A model generated the notes under the pieces. The model searched no databases and was not told the origin of the DNA. It saw only the letters and a program-made list of their open reading frames with translations. The translations under genes were made by a program, and so were the position numbers. From the NCBI RefSeq assembly GCF_000143415.4, contig NW_003314470.1, positions 26,858 through 34,055 of the forward strand: a stretch of 7,198 nucleotides of DNA, read 5' to 3'. This stretch comes from Selaginella moellendorffii. Lineage: Eukaryota > Plantae > Lycopodiophyta. Positions 7,143 through 7,198 of this stretch are shown piece by piece (within the stretch, counting starts at the first letter, position 1; each line of letters opens with the position of its first letter).

Positions 7143-7198
7143 TGAGTACAATATTGCTCGAGCTGCACTGCCGTCTTCCGCCCTCCCCGGCCCACCCC

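Larger units (their letters stand above)
2425..7145 (+). pseudogene. gag-pol: Single gag-pol polyprotein gene (~1540 aa when reconstructed), degraded, with two putative introns in integrase
   Basis: ATG at 2425 (MARVGRKR...) is in frame with ORF 2596. Lesions: TAG 2557, 1-nt loss in the G run at 3159-3162, TGA 3435, TAG 3846, TGA 6870. ORFs 3165, 3507 and 3894 share one frame; ORFs 6338 and 6885 join after removing 6298-6344 and 6763-6814. Confidence 0.93.
1212..7198 (+). mobile_element. Element B: Ty3/gypsy chromovirus LTR retrotransposon; PPT and 3' LTR not in the window
   Basis: Order is LTR, PBS, gag, PR, RT, RH, IN, chromodomain. RT before IN indicates Ty3/gypsy, and the C-terminal chromodomain indicates a chromovirus. 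Confidence 0.96.

Noticed and set aside
2394-7195. Antisense and alternate-frame ORFs overlapping gag-pol
   Set aside because: No recognisable motifs; expected shadows of a long coding region.

Overview
This window is plant-type LTR-retrotransposon DNA, not a prokaryotic locus. It holds two Ty3/gypsy-like elements in opposite orientations. Element A (1-1211, minus strand) shows a 3' internal region, a polypurine tract (619-630) and the start of a 3' LTR running off the left edge. Element B (1212 to beyond 7198, plus strand) appears to be inserted into A. B has a 5' LTR (TGTAAG...CTTACA, 1212-2365) containing a CpG-rich 12-bp tandem array and an assembly gap, a plant tRNA-iMet PBS (2369-2381), and one degraded gag-pol frame (2425-7145: Gag, CCHC, protease, RT, RNase H, integrase, chromodomain), which makes it a chromovirus. 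The unusual feature is that the integrase is split by two short GT-AG inserts of 47 and 52 nt (6298-6344, 6763-6814). Removing them exactly restores HPQTDGQTER, the D-35-E spacing and the GPY/F-chromodomain frame, so they look like spliceosomal introns. A third candidate intron (2326-2391) spans the LTR end and PBS. Its removal would make the spliced mRNA unable to prime reverse transcription, which could explain how an element that replicates through RNA keeps its introns. All splicing is inferred from sequence only.
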